NCBI GenBank assembly: GCA_963768765.1
Contig: CAVYJK010000020.1
Coordinates: 257,441-321,440, forward strand
DNA from: an uncultured delta proteobacterium
GTDB lineage: Bacteria > Desulfobacterota > Desulfobaccia > Desulfobaccales > 0-14-0-80-60-11
Length of the DNA stretch: 64,000 bases
Reading direction: 5' to 3'
In this document: positions 20,775-30,631 of the stretch, piece after piece
Position numbering within the stretch: position 1 is the first letter of the stretch
How the letters are laid out: every line of letters begins with the position of its first letter
Translations under genes and position numbers: made by a program
Notes under the pieces: model-generated
The model's input: the letters and a program-made list of their open reading frames with translations, nothing else
Databases searched by the model: none
What the model was told of the DNA's origin: nothing

Positions 20775-22216
20775 CGAGATCCTCCATCAAACCGCATGGT
20801 AAGTTGCTTCCGAATAATGCGGCGGTCCAAAAGAAACCGCAGCGGGTGGCGCAGCATATAGTTTCGCCTCCCAGTACGGATAGTCTCTGTCTCAAAAGTG
20901 CGTATTATTTCCATGCGGGATAGAAAATCTTTTGTTTCCATCGCCGAAAAATTCATGGTGGCGGAATGATGGTAATAACTGCCGTAGTCCGGTTTATCCG
21001 GGATCTTGCCAGCGCGCCGCAATTCATCCCAAAGTCCGGTGCCCGGGTAGGGGGTGAAAACACTGAAGAGGGGGTTATCCGGCGCCAGGGCCCGGGCTAG
21101 CGCCAAGGTCTCGTCCATTTCTGGCCCGGTTTCCGTTGGCAGGCCGGTCATAAAATAGGCGGTCACCCGAATGCCGCACCGCTTAAGCATACGGACCAGC
21201 CGCCGTGCCTTGGCAATGTCCACCTTTTTGGCGACCAGGTTGCGAATGCGTTCCGAGCCGCTCTCGATGCCTAGATTGATCTGATAACATCCGGCCGCCC
21301 GCATTTTCTGGGCCAGCCCTTCCTCCAGGAGGTCAACCCTGGTATCGCAGCTCCAGCGAGCGCCGGGAAAATTTTTCATCCCGTCGCAGAAAGCCAGGAC
21401 CCGGTCTGCCCTGATGGTGAAAGTATCGTCTTGGAGACGGAAAAGCCGCACCCCCTCACGGTAGAGGCCGGCTATTTCTTCCAGAACCCGGGAGACGGAA
21501 CGGATCCGCACCCGTCGCGTCCAGAGCTTCTTGCTGGCACAGTACAGGCAAGGGTAGGGACAGCCGCGGCTGGTGATGACCCCGCCCAGATCCGCCGGTA
21601 TGTGGGAGTCCCGATCGATGAGACCTCGGTAGGAGGGTAGCGGCAAGGCATCGAGGTCTTCTATTAAAGGGCGTTTGGCAGTACACGTGACGGCGCTGGC
21701 CCGGCGATAAGCGATACCGGCGACGGTTTCCGGATTACCCCCGGAGGCGAGGAGAGCAAAGAGGGCCGCGGCCGTTTCTTCTCCTTCACCGATTGCCACA
21801 TAATCGAAACACTTATATTCGAGCACTTCTTCAGGAACCAGGGTAGGATGAACCCCGCCCACTACAACCGGCACCGATGCATCCTCTACACGTACAATCT
21901 GCGCCACGACGCAGGCTGAAGGGAACTCGGCGGTCATCGAGGTGATGCCCACGGCCTCCGGCCGGATCCGCCGCAGTACCGCACGCAGGCGCTGATATGC
22001 CGGATGCTCTTCGTCAGGCGTTCCTTGTCTTCCGATGAGCGTTGATTCCCGGTAACGGGGTCCGTTGCCGTACAGGTCGCCGTTGAAGAGGGCGACTTCG
22101 TGCCCTTGGCTTTCGAGCACCCCGGCAATTGCGGCAAGGCCCAACGAGACCGTCCCCACGTTGACCCCATGCAGGGTGTACCAGGGAGGGTCAATTAACA
22201 GTATTTTCACCGACAC
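20771..22216 (-). CDS. B12-binding domain radical SAM enzyme (3 of 3)
   Basis: Motif SRGCPYPCLYCAS. N-terminal B12-binding-like domain (KILLIDPPW...). Confidence 0.85.
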   Translation of the reverse strand: MSVKILLIDPPWYTLHGVNVGTVSLGLAAIAGVLESQGHEVALFNGDLYGNGPRYRESTLIGRQGTPDEEHPAYQRLRAVLRRIRPEAVGITSMTAEFPSACVVAQIVRVEDASVPVVVGGVHPTLVPEEVLEYKCFDYVAIGEGEETAAALFALLASGGNPETVAGIAYRRASAVTCTAKRPLIEDLDALPLPSYRGLIDRDSHIPADLGGVITSRGCPYPCLYCASKKLWTRRVRIRSVSRVLEEIAGLYREGVRLFRLQDDTFTIRADRVLAFCDGMKNFPGARWSCDTRVDLLEEGLAQKMRAAGCYQINLGIESGSERIRNLVAKKVDIAKARRLVRMLKRCGIRVTAYFMTGLPTETGPEMDETLALARALAPDNPLFSVFTPYPGTGLWDELRRAGKIPDKPDYGSYYHHSATMNFSAMETKDFLSRMEIIRTFETETIRTGRRNYMLRHPLRFLLDRRIIRKQLTMRFDGGSR

Positions 22217-22490
22217 CCCTCGATCACAGGTTCAGGGCCCAACCGGCTGGCCCAGGACCTTTCCAGGCCCCGGGACGGATCAGTCCGTAAAGCGCTACTC
22301 TTTGCATGTTGCTTTCAACCTTTCATTTGGTTGGCAGCGGCAGGGCTGACAAATCAATTGCTCCCATTCCCCCTGAAATTCCGGGAAAGTCCAAGAAAGT
22401 TCTCTTCCAGCGGCGAATAACGGCAGAGTGGAGCTTGGCCAACTGCAAGCCCACCTCAGCGGGCCTGATGGCCGGCCGACTCGCAAAGAC

Positions 22491-23828
22491 TTAGGAGATG
22501 GCCAGCTTCCCCTGGGAGGATTTCAGCTCCAACACACTTTCCAGGGGTTGTTGCGGCACATATTCCGGGAGAATTTCCCTGAGCTTCTTCCTGATGGCAT
22601 GGGCATCATGAGTATTGGCGACGCGAAAGAGGTCTTCAAGAGCTCCATCCAGCCACCGCGTAAACTCATCCTGGCTCTTCTTGCCGTTCCAGCCGTTGGA
22701 GCGGAGCACCATGATTTTTTCATGCCTGGTGCCCACGATGCCTTCGCCCTGGGTGATGAGCTCTTCGTAAAGTTTTTCTCCTTCACGCAAACCGGTAAAG
22801 ATGATCTCCACGTCTTTGCCCGGTTCCTTGCCGGAAAGCCGCACCAGCTCCTCCGCCATCTGGGCGATTTTGACCGGCGTGCCCATTTCCAGGATAAAGA
22901 TTTCTCCGCCTTCGCCCAGCCCTCCGGCCTGCAGGATGAGCTGGGCCGCCTCGGGGATGGTCATGAAGTAGCGGGTCACTTCGGGATGGGTCACGGTAAT
23001 CGGGCCACCCTGTTCCAACTGACGCCGGAAAAGGGGAAGCACCGATCCGGAGGAGCCGATGACGTTGCCGAAGCGCACCGCCATGAAGCGGGTGCCGTTC
23101 CCCTGCAGCGACTGCACCATAAGCTCTGCCAGGCGCTTGCTGGCCCCCATGACATTGGTGGGCCGCACCGCCTTATCCGTGGAAACCAGCACGAAACGCT
23201 CCACCCCGTATTTCAGGGCCAGTTCCATAACCACCTGGCTGCCCAACACATTGTTATAGATCGCCTCCCAGGGGTTTTTTTCCAGCATGGGCACGTGCTT
23301 GTAGGCCGCGGCATGAAAAATCAGCTGGGGCCGATATCCGCTGAAGACATCTTCCATCAGCGGTTGGTCCTGCACCCGGCTGAGGATGCACCGGTAGCGG
23401 GAGAAATTCAGTTCATGCTGCAGTTCCATCTGGATGTTATAGAGATTCACCTCGCTGGCATCCACCAGGATGAGTTCTTCCGGGTCGAAGCGGATTATTT
23501 GGCGGCACAGCTCCGAGCCGATGGAGCCGCCGGCGCCGGTGACGAGCACCCGTTTGCCTTGCAGATACCGACTGATCTCCGTGGTATCCAGGTTCACCGG
23601 CGGGCGCCGCAGCAAATCTTCGTATTTCACATCGCGCAGACTCTTGATGCTCACCTTGCCGTCGATGATGGCGCCGATTTCCGGCAGGGTCCGGTAGCGA
23701 GCCTCGCAGCTCTTGCAAATCTCGATAATGCGCCGCATCTGGGGGCCGGTGGCGGAGGGGATGGCAATGAGCACTTCATCAATTTTTTCTCGCTTGATGA
23801 TCTTCAGGAAGCATTTCCACGCCGCCAA
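22491..23828 (-). CDS. CapD/WbpM/PglF-type NDP-sugar 4,6-dehydratase/epimerase, catalytic part
   Basis: VLVTGAGGSIGSEL Rossmann motif, HAAAYKHVP (YxxxK) and STDKAVRPTNVMGASK. The intact 445-aa ORF corresponds to the C-terminal two-thirds of full-length WbpM-like proteins. Confidence 0.85.
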   Translation of the reverse strand: MAAWKCFLKIIKREKIDEVLIAIPSATGPQMRRIIEICKSCEARYRTLPEIGAIIDGKVSIKSLRDVKYEDLLRRPPVNLDTTEISRYLQGKRVLVTGAGGSIGSELCRQIIRFDPEELILVDASEVNLYNIQMELQHELNFSRYRCILSRVQDQPLMEDVFSGYRPQLIFHAAAYKHVPMLEKNPWEAIYNNVLGSQVVMELALKYGVERFVLVSTDKAVRPTNVMGASKRLAELMVQSLQGNGTRFMAVRFGNVIGSSGSVLPLFRRQLEQGGPITVTHPEVTRYFMTIPEAAQLILQAGGLGEGGEIFILEMGTPVKIAQMAEELVRLSGKEPGKDVEIIFTGLREGEKLYEELITQGEGIVGTRHEKIMVLRSNGWNGKKSQDEFTRWLDGALEDLFRVANTHDAHAIRKKLREILPEYVPQQPLESVLELKSSQGKLAIS

Positions 23829-24452
23829 AGACTTTCAGTCCGTGCAGACTCCGTCCCCATTTGGTGCGGTCATCGTCGAGGAAACCCACCACGTGGTAGT
23901 TGAGGTGCGGGATTGTCCAGAATTTCCCGGAACATCTTTTCCCCGGCTCCACCGGCACCAATGATAAGTAATGATTTTTCCTTCTGGCCGGCGTTTGCTG
24001 CGGCTTAGAGAGATAAGAGGGCCAGAGCTGCTGAATTTCGGAATGGTGCTCGTATAGAATGAGGCGAATGCCCAGGCGCAGCCCACCACTCAGTAATAAG
24101 GTTAGCATGCCGTCCAGCAAGAAAAACCGAACGGGGGACGCCTTGAAAGCCATTAATATAGAAAGTAGCGATAATATAAAACAGCATGGAAACTATAGCT
24201 GGCCTGCACCAGCCGCCACAAATCATTCAGGCTGGTGTAGCGCCACATGCCCCGGTACAGACCGAAGAGAAAGAAGATTAAGATCTTGCCGGGTAAGAGA
24301 AACGGCAACAGCCTCAATATCTGGGTGCGGTAGAAAGGCTCCAGGATAAAGTCAAAGCGCAGCAGATAGGCGCCGACAAAGGCCATAACGAAAATCACGA
24401 GGTCGGCTGCCAGAACGATGTAAAATCGGCGATTGTGAAATTGGGCGAGCAT
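23779..24452 (-). CDS. N-terminal membrane and first Rossmann region of the same CapD/WbpM-like gene, broken by multiple frame changes
   Basis: Conserved-looking pieces lie in alternating frames. They are RFYIVLAADLVIFVMAFVGAYLLRF, FQGVPRSVFL, LLDGMLTLLLSGGLRLGIRL, KSLLIIGAGGAGEKMFREILDNP and HLNYHVVGFLDDDRTKWGRSLHGLKVFG, followed by IIKREKIDEVLIAIPSA in the catalytic ORF. Confidence 0.65.
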
Positions 24453-24621
24453 GGTGCGGTTATCCGCTCGTGGTGATGCCGAGGTTAGAAGCGCTTTTCT
24501 CTGTTTTACGCTGAAACTGATCTGTTGCCAGCGAAAGAGGTACTGCCTTATTCGGGAGATTCGGAAAATGTCGCTGGGACCGAAACCGGTTACGGGATGG
24601 CTCTCGATGGATATGCCTCAG

Positions 24622-26822
24622 TTAGCCAGTTCGCTGATCATCATAGTATTTGGAATAATATTTATAGTGATAATGGTAGTAATAGTAGCCTCCGTAAGGA
24701 TGGCCATGTGGCCGACGCAATTCAACACCGCGCCCAATACGGGGGCCTGGCTGAGGAGCTGGTGGGCCAGGCGGCCGGCGCTCTTGTGGGTGAATATTAT
24801 GCCTGGTAACCAGCAGGACCCCGTCCACCAGGGCGGAGACAAACCGGGCATCGGCAAACCCCAGCACCGGAGGCGTATCGATGATGATATGATGAAACTG
24901 CTCCCGGAGTTGCGCCAGCAGCTCTTTGAAGGTCTCGGAGTTCAAGAGATTGCCGGGGTTGGGTGGCCTGGCCCCTGCGGTTATGATCGTCAGGTTGGGG
25001 ATGGCGGTGGGCCGGAGAATCTCTTCCAGGGTGGCGCTGCCGGTCAGATAATTGCTCAGACCGGGTTGGGAATCAAGCTGGAAGATCTTGTGAAGTCTGG
25101 GTTTCCTCAGGTCGCAATCGATCATGACCACCTGTCGTTCATTCAAGGCATAGGATTGGGCCAGATTGGAGACGACCATGGTTTTCCCTTCACTGGGATT
25201 GGGGCTGGTAACCATGATGGCGCCTGGAGGCCGGCCCGAAGTGGAGAGCATGATGGAAGAGTAGACGTGGCGAATGGCTTCACTGACCATGGACTGGGGC
25301 TGCTTATAAACGATTAAATCCATATCTGCCGCTTCCGCATTGCCCTGGCCGCCCCGCTGCAGCCAGGGGAGATAGCGCCATATCCCTGGCGCCTCGGACT
25401 TTTTCCTGGCGGCTGAGGCTTATTCTGCCGTTGCTGCCCAGCAGGGGCACGATCCCCAGCGAGGGTAAATTGCAGGCCCGTTCCAGGTCGTCCACGGATT
25501 TGATGGAGTCATCCAGATGTTCCACCAGCAAGGCCAGGCCAACGCCTAAGGTCAGGCCCAGAACCGCGGCCAGGGCCAGGTCGCGCATGGTTTTGGGCTT
25601 GAAAGGCTTGTCCGGCAGCCGGCCCGGGTCGATGACCGCCACGTTGGAAGGCACCATGGTGCCGGCGATGTTGGCCTCTTTGACCCGGGCCAACAGGGCC
25701 TGGTAGAGCTGCTCATTGGTCTGGGCATCCCGCTTCAGGATCTGAAAGTCGGTGAGATTATCCTGCAGCTTGACCATCTGCCCTTTTTGGTCCGTGAAAC
25801 TGTCGTTCAGGAGTTTCTCGGTCCGGTTGGCCGCTTCATAATCCGCCTTGACGCTTTCCTGGAGGCGTTGGACTTCGGCCTGGAGGCGGCTCTGCAATTC
25901 GGCCAGGTTGGCCTGTTCGGCCTGCAGGTCCGGATGCTCGCCCCGAAAAACCTTCTGCAGGGCCGAAACCTTGGCCTGTTGGGCCACCAACTGCTGGCGC
26001 AGTGCGGCCACCAAAGGATGATTGACAATCAGCGGGGCATTGGGGCCTTTTTCCTTAATCTGCTGATATTGCGCCTCCTTGGCCATTTTCTCGGCCTGGG
26101 CCTTGGTGAGCAGGCTGCTCAGATCGATGAATTTCTGGACCACGACGTTGTCTTTGTCTTCCAGGGTGTAGATATCGGTCTTTTGCCCGAATTTATAGAG
26201 CTTCTTCTGGGCCTCCTGCACCTTGGCCGCCATTTCCTGGAGCTGCTTGTCCAGCCATTTTCTTACCAGGGCAAAAGACTCATTGCGCCGGTCGATGGAC
26301 AGGTACATGTATTCATCGGCAATGGCATTGACCACCTTTTGGGCCAGCGACTTGTCCGGGGATTGAAAGGACACTTCCACCAAATAGGAATTTTTGACCG
26401 GGGTGACCTCCAATTTCTTCAAAAAGGAGTTCATCATGACATCTTCAATCTCGGTCTCGCTTTTATCCGGGTTCTCTTCCCGGATGGACTTGAAATCGGG
26501 GTGCTCCTTCAGGTTCAAGGCCTGGATGACGCGCTGGGCCAGGGACTGGCTCTGCAGAATCTTGTATTGGGTCTGCTGGAACTTCTCCAAGGAATCGCTG
26601 CCGGTGAGCTTGGACAACTTGTCGTCCACGGACACCTGGGAGCCGGGGTTGTCCTGGGTGATCTGCAGCGTGGCAGTGGTGCGGAAGATCGGCGTCCGCA
26701 GTAAAGGTATAAAGCGCCGCCGCCAGGAATATGGTGAGGAAGGTGCCGATAATCCACCACTTGCGTTTCAACAGGATATGCAGATATTCCCGCAGGTCCC
26801 GTCCCCTGATACATCTCCGCAA
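24622..26822 (-). CDS. Wzc/GumC-type polysaccharide co-polymerase fused to a BY-tyrosine kinase (~730 aa), with about 4 apparent frame breaks
   Basis: N-terminus LREYLHILLKRKWWIIGTFLTIFLAAALYTF, then TPIFRTTATLQI and a long coiled-coil periplasmic domain. Kinase Walker A SPNPSEGKT, A' VVMIDCDLRKP and B HIIIDTPPV. C-terminal Tyr cluster YGGYYYYHYHYKYYSKYYDD (24637-24696). Breaks lie near 26.70, 25.31, 24.83 and 24.74 kb. Confidence 0.8.
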
Positions 26823-26949
26823 TCATAATCCATCGGCGGAGGCGGAGGGGGACGGGCACGGGATGATAGATATGGCGGCACTACCATGGGGGGCTGGTCA
26901 TGATTTGACATCGGTTATATCTCCTAAGATTGTTTACTTCTGCTTAAGT

Positions 26950-28117
26950 TCAAAAAGCTGCCATGCTATAGGCACCGCTGGGGATGGGCAACAGGGTCCT
27001 GATAAGATAAAAGGTCTTTTTTATGGTGCTTTCGTTGACCACCACCACGTCGCTGTCTTTCAACGGCAGATCCGGATCATTTCTGGCAATGATGCTGCTC
27101 AGATTGGTATTGATGCTGATGGGTTTGCCCTGGTCATCAAAGCGCATGATGGTGATGTTATTGGTCCCTAACATGGGGTCGACCCCTCCGGCCATGGCCA
27201 CGGCCTGGGACACGGTCAGGTTTTCCTTAACCGCAATATTCCCCGGCTTTCTCACCCCCCCCAGGACATAGGCGGTGCCGGCGAAGGGCACATGGATCAC
27301 ATCGCCGTTGCGCACCGTGATGTTCAACTGCGGTTCTTGTCCGCTTACCAGGCGGCGGAGGTCGATCACCATGGTTTCGGTTTTCGGGGCAAAAGGCTGA
27401 GCGGCAGTCCCGGCCTTCATGGTCTTGGCCAGGTCCGGGGCGTTTTGATGCCGGATGACATTGACGACATCACCGGCTTGGGCCCCACCGCCGGTTGGTG
27501 ACCTGGTTCGAAAACCCGCCGGCCAGGGACAACACTTCCAGCAGGGTGCGGGGGCCGATGATTTCGTAAGACCCGGGTTTGGCCACCGCGCCGGTGACCG
27601 CCACCCGCTGATGGCGGAATTCCTTGACCTCCACCGTAATCTGCGGATTCACCAGGAACCGGGCGTCATATAGTTCCACCAGCCGTTTTTCGATCTCCTG
27701 GGGAGTCATACCGGCCACTTTGACCACCCCCACCAGCGGCATGGTGATCTCTCCCTGGCCGTTGACCCGGAGCTCCCGGTTGAGATTGTCCTGGCCATAG
27801 ATTTCGATGACCAACTGATCTTCCGGCCCCACCTTATAGTCTTTATAGCTGACCAGCGAAGCCTGGGTGGCCTGGACCATCAACTGGTTCTGTAAGTCCT
27901 TGTTGGGGTTGGGCGCCTGCCTCTGCGACAACGCCTGGGCCGTGAGGACTTGCTGGGAGGGACCGCCGCAGCCCCCTAACAGACCCAACCCTATAAATAT
28001 TAGGGCAACCGAGCTCCATCTCGGGCTACCGGCAGGCTGTTTGGCTGCAAGATTATTCCTTTCCGTGGCCTTTTTGCCAGGAGGAGCGGTGAACGCTTCA
28101 AGGATCCTGTTAAGCAT
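26950..28117 (-). CDS. Wza-like outer-membrane polysaccharide export lipoprotein, apparent frame break near 27.48 kb
   Basis: Lipobox-like LGLLGGCGG. Poly_export motif YKVGPEDQLVIEIYGQDNLNRELRVNGQGEITMPLVGVVKVAGMTPQEIE. SLBB-like repeats continue in ORF 26950-27420 (GDVIHVPFAG...). Confidence 0.75.
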
Positions 28118-28233
28118 CTTTTATTACCTCACTTTAAGAGTGGCAGTCCTCATGGAGGGGCGGCAGCGGAGAATTCAGATAGAAATCGATGTGTAGTAAC
28201 CGAAAATTCAACAACCAATCCCCCGGGCCCGGG

Positions 28234-28785
28234 TTATGACCAGCGCTCCACTGCTTCGCCATCCAATTCCACCGCCACCGACCGCTGGAACAGTTCCACC
28301 GAGACAATGAGACGGCGCTTCTTCTCCTTGCGCCCCAGGATGACACCGATCGCCCCGGCCAGGGGGCCTTCCAGCACCCGCACCAGAGTCCCGGTCTGCA
28401 GATAGGGCCAGTGGTAAAAAGGCTGGTCACCATCCACAATGGCCTTGACGGATTCGATGGTTTCCTCCGCCACCGGAGCGGGGCTGCCCTTGAAGCCCAG
28501 GAGCCGCACCACTCCCGGGGCCTTGAGCATCTCCCGGTAACCGTAAGAGTCGAGGGCCGTGCGGACGAAGAGATATCCTGGAAATAATGGGAGATTTATG
28601 AGGAGCCTGCGGTCCCGCCGGCGACTGAGGGTCCTCACCCGGGGCAAGAACACCTCCAGCCCCTTTTGCTGCAGAGCCTTCTCCACTTTGGCTTCGTGGC
28701 GGCATTGGGTATAGATTGCATACCAGGGGGGGGTGCTACCCTCTAAGGGGATTAGCTCTCTATTATTACTGTCGGTGTCTTCCAT
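28234..28785 (-). CDS. NusG paralogue (RfaH/UpxY-like operon-specific antiterminator)
   Basis: NGN domain WYAIYTQCRHEAKVEKALQQKGLEVFLPRV...FPGYLFV. KOW GTLVRVLEGPLAGAIGVILG. It is the first gene of the EPS locus. The likely start is MEDTDS at 28785. Confidence 0.8.
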   Translation of the reverse strand: MEDTDSNNRELIPLEGSTPPWYAIYTQCRHEAKVEKALQQKGLEVFLPRVRTLSRRRDRRLLINLPLFPGYLFVRTALDSYGYREMLKAPGVVRLLGFKGSPAPVAEETIESVKAIVDGDQPFYHWPYLQTGTLVRVLEGPLAGAIGVILGRKEKKRRLIVSVELFQRSVAVELDGEAVERWS

Positions 28786-29089
28786 GACAATGCTCCGCCT
28801 TCCTGAGTTACAATGCAGATCCATTAAATAAATTGTTATATCTATCAGTTATGCCCTGAGAGCTAGTTTGCTTTAATAATCGGTGGCTGAAACTTAAATC
28901 GGCTTCAAAAAGTCGTTACTTTAGTGAAAATCTTGGTGATGTCCATAAAATTGTGGAAATTTGTTTCAGGGTTTTACCCCTCCAGTTTTTGTTGAGCATC
29001 TGGGTGATGCTATACAGGATACGGCCGGAGCCGGCTTCTTTGGGGAAACAGTTGTTCATGGGGCGGATGCACCGGCGGCGGCAGCTTTT

Positions 29090-29375
29090 AAAAGGGAAGA
29101 GCGACATAATCCGGGATAAATGGGGTCATCCGACCTAATATCTCTTGAAAAAGGAGAAAGGTTCCAAGCGCCATGCGGATCAACCCCAGGTTCGCCTTTA
29201 TTGAACAACCACGGACCAACGCCATGGTTGAGCCCTTCCTCAGGACGCTCAAGGAGCAGGGCATCCACGACCGGGGGTTCCGGGTACTCAAGGAGGTGAG
29301 GGAGGCGGTAAGAGGCTTTTTGGACCTCTACAACGGGGAGTGGCTGCTGGGTCAAGAAAACCGGATGGGGTACAA
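29090..29375 (+). mobile_element. Remnant of a DDE (rve/integrase-core) IS transposase, C-terminal fragment only
   Basis: QPRTNAMVEPFLRTLKEQ...LKEVREAVRGFLDLYNGEW matches the conserved P-x-T-N-G-x-V-E-R-F-x-R-T-L-K...Y-N tail of IS3/IS481-type transposases. No intact catalytic core or terminal repeats were found. Confidence 0.55.
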
Positions 29376-29516
29376 CCGCCTGGGCATCTCTTTGAGGCGG
29401 TATCTCCCCGAAGAAAAGGTAACCGCATTGAGGGCATGGTCAATTTTTCAGAACCACGCTTCACTTGCTTAGGTTTTTTGTGGTATAAGTCAGGAAAGAA
29501 ACTTGGGGATAGACAC

Positions 29517-30374
29517 ATGAAAATAAACAGAAAAAATTGGTTATGGCCTCTGGTTCTGATGGTGATGATTTCCTTTTTGGCCTTTGCCTCCCCCAAACCG
29601 GCGGCAGCCCTGTCCTCCGGCGATACCCTGGTCGTCACCTGCGTGCCCTTGGGTGCAGTGGTGGGCGTGGCGGCGGCCGGCTATCTGCTTTATAAGAATC
29701 GTTTCTCTCAACCGGCTGATGCCAAGGGCCGCTTGGGATATAAGGGCCCCGGGGAATTTTTCATCGGCGGTTTTTTCGGCGGCTCCTTTGTGCCTGGCAC
29801 CGATTGGACATATCAGATAGGCGGCCAGAATATCACCGCCCGGAAGATGACTATCGACCCTGGGGTCATGGGTGGCATCAAATTGGGCTACTTCTTGGAT
29901 AGTGTTCCCTATTTTGGGGTGGAAGCCGAAGGTAGCATCGGCGACCATCCCCAGCCCTCCCAGACAGTGGCCTTGCATCCGCCACTGGCCGGGGTCACTG
30001 CCGGCCGGGTGCCCAGCCAAACCCTCCTGGCCTGGACCATGGCCTTTCACCTGGTGGGCCGTTATGGCTTCCTGCCGGACCAGGAAGTGCCTTTCGGCCG
30101 GCTGCAACCGTATGTGGGGCTAGGTCCGGGCCTGGTGATGCTTTACGGCGAAGCTGATTCCGCCAAGAACTTCTCCTTGGAGGTGGAGGCCGGCCTGCGC
30201 TATATGTTCACCAAACATCTGGGCGGCTTTCTGGAATATAAATTCAGCAAGCAGTGGAGTGTCGAATTAGAATCCCAACAACTCTTTTATAACAACACCG
30301 GCGTTACCGCCAGCAAAGCGGTCTTCGACTTCGACCGGCATCAGGTGGTGGTCGGCTTGGCATATCATTTTTAA
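29517..30374 (+). CDS. Outer-membrane beta-barrel protein (OmpW/OmpA-beta-barrel-like)
   Basis: Signal peptide MKINRKNWLWPLVLMVMISFLAFA, amphipathic strand pattern, and the C-terminal ...VVVGLAYHF with a terminal Phe. Confidence 0.7.
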   Translation: MKINRKNWLWPLVLMVMISFLAFASPKPAAALSSGDTLVVTCVPLGAVVGVAAAGYLLYKNRFSQPADAKGRLGYKGPGEFFIGGFFGGSFVPGTDWTYQIGGQNITARKMTIDPGVMGGIKLGYFLDSVPYFGVEAEGSIGDHPQPSQTVALHPPLAGVTAGRVPSQTLLAWTMAFHLVGRYGFLPDQEVPFGRLQPYVGLGPGLVMLYGEADSAKNFSLEVEAGLRYMFTKHLGGFLEYKFSKQWSVELESQQLFYNNTGVTASKAVFDFDRHQVVVGLAYHF

Positions 30375-30631
30375 CCGGCCCTCCAGGATGTTGCTGAAAC
30401 ACTCGAAATAGGGGGGATCATCCGGTAAGGTGTGTTGGTCACGCGGGCCCCACCGCTTCCCGCGTCCCGCCTGCAAATCTCCTCGTAACCCGGCTCTTTG
30501 CCCCCCGACTCTGTCGGCTCGTAGCCGGCGCTGGCGTTCAACCTAACCCTTCAGCCCGTTATAGGCCGCGTAAAACTGAAGCTTCTTTTCCGGAAACCGG
30601 GGATGGCCGCCAAATTCCAGATTAAAGAACC

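Noticed and set aside
22428-23903. Long antisense ORFs opposite well-supported genes: 22428-23903 (+, 491 aa), 25787-26704 (+, 305 aa), 30551-31384 (-, 277 aa), 34666-35433 (-, 255 aa), 37337-38182 (-, 281 aa), 60158-60994 (+, 278 aa), and many others in the track
   Set aside because: They mirror genes with clear family motifs on the other strand. They have skewed low-complexity composition (G/A/R/H/L/Q/P runs) and no recognisable motifs. These are typical shadow ORFs of GC-rich DNA.
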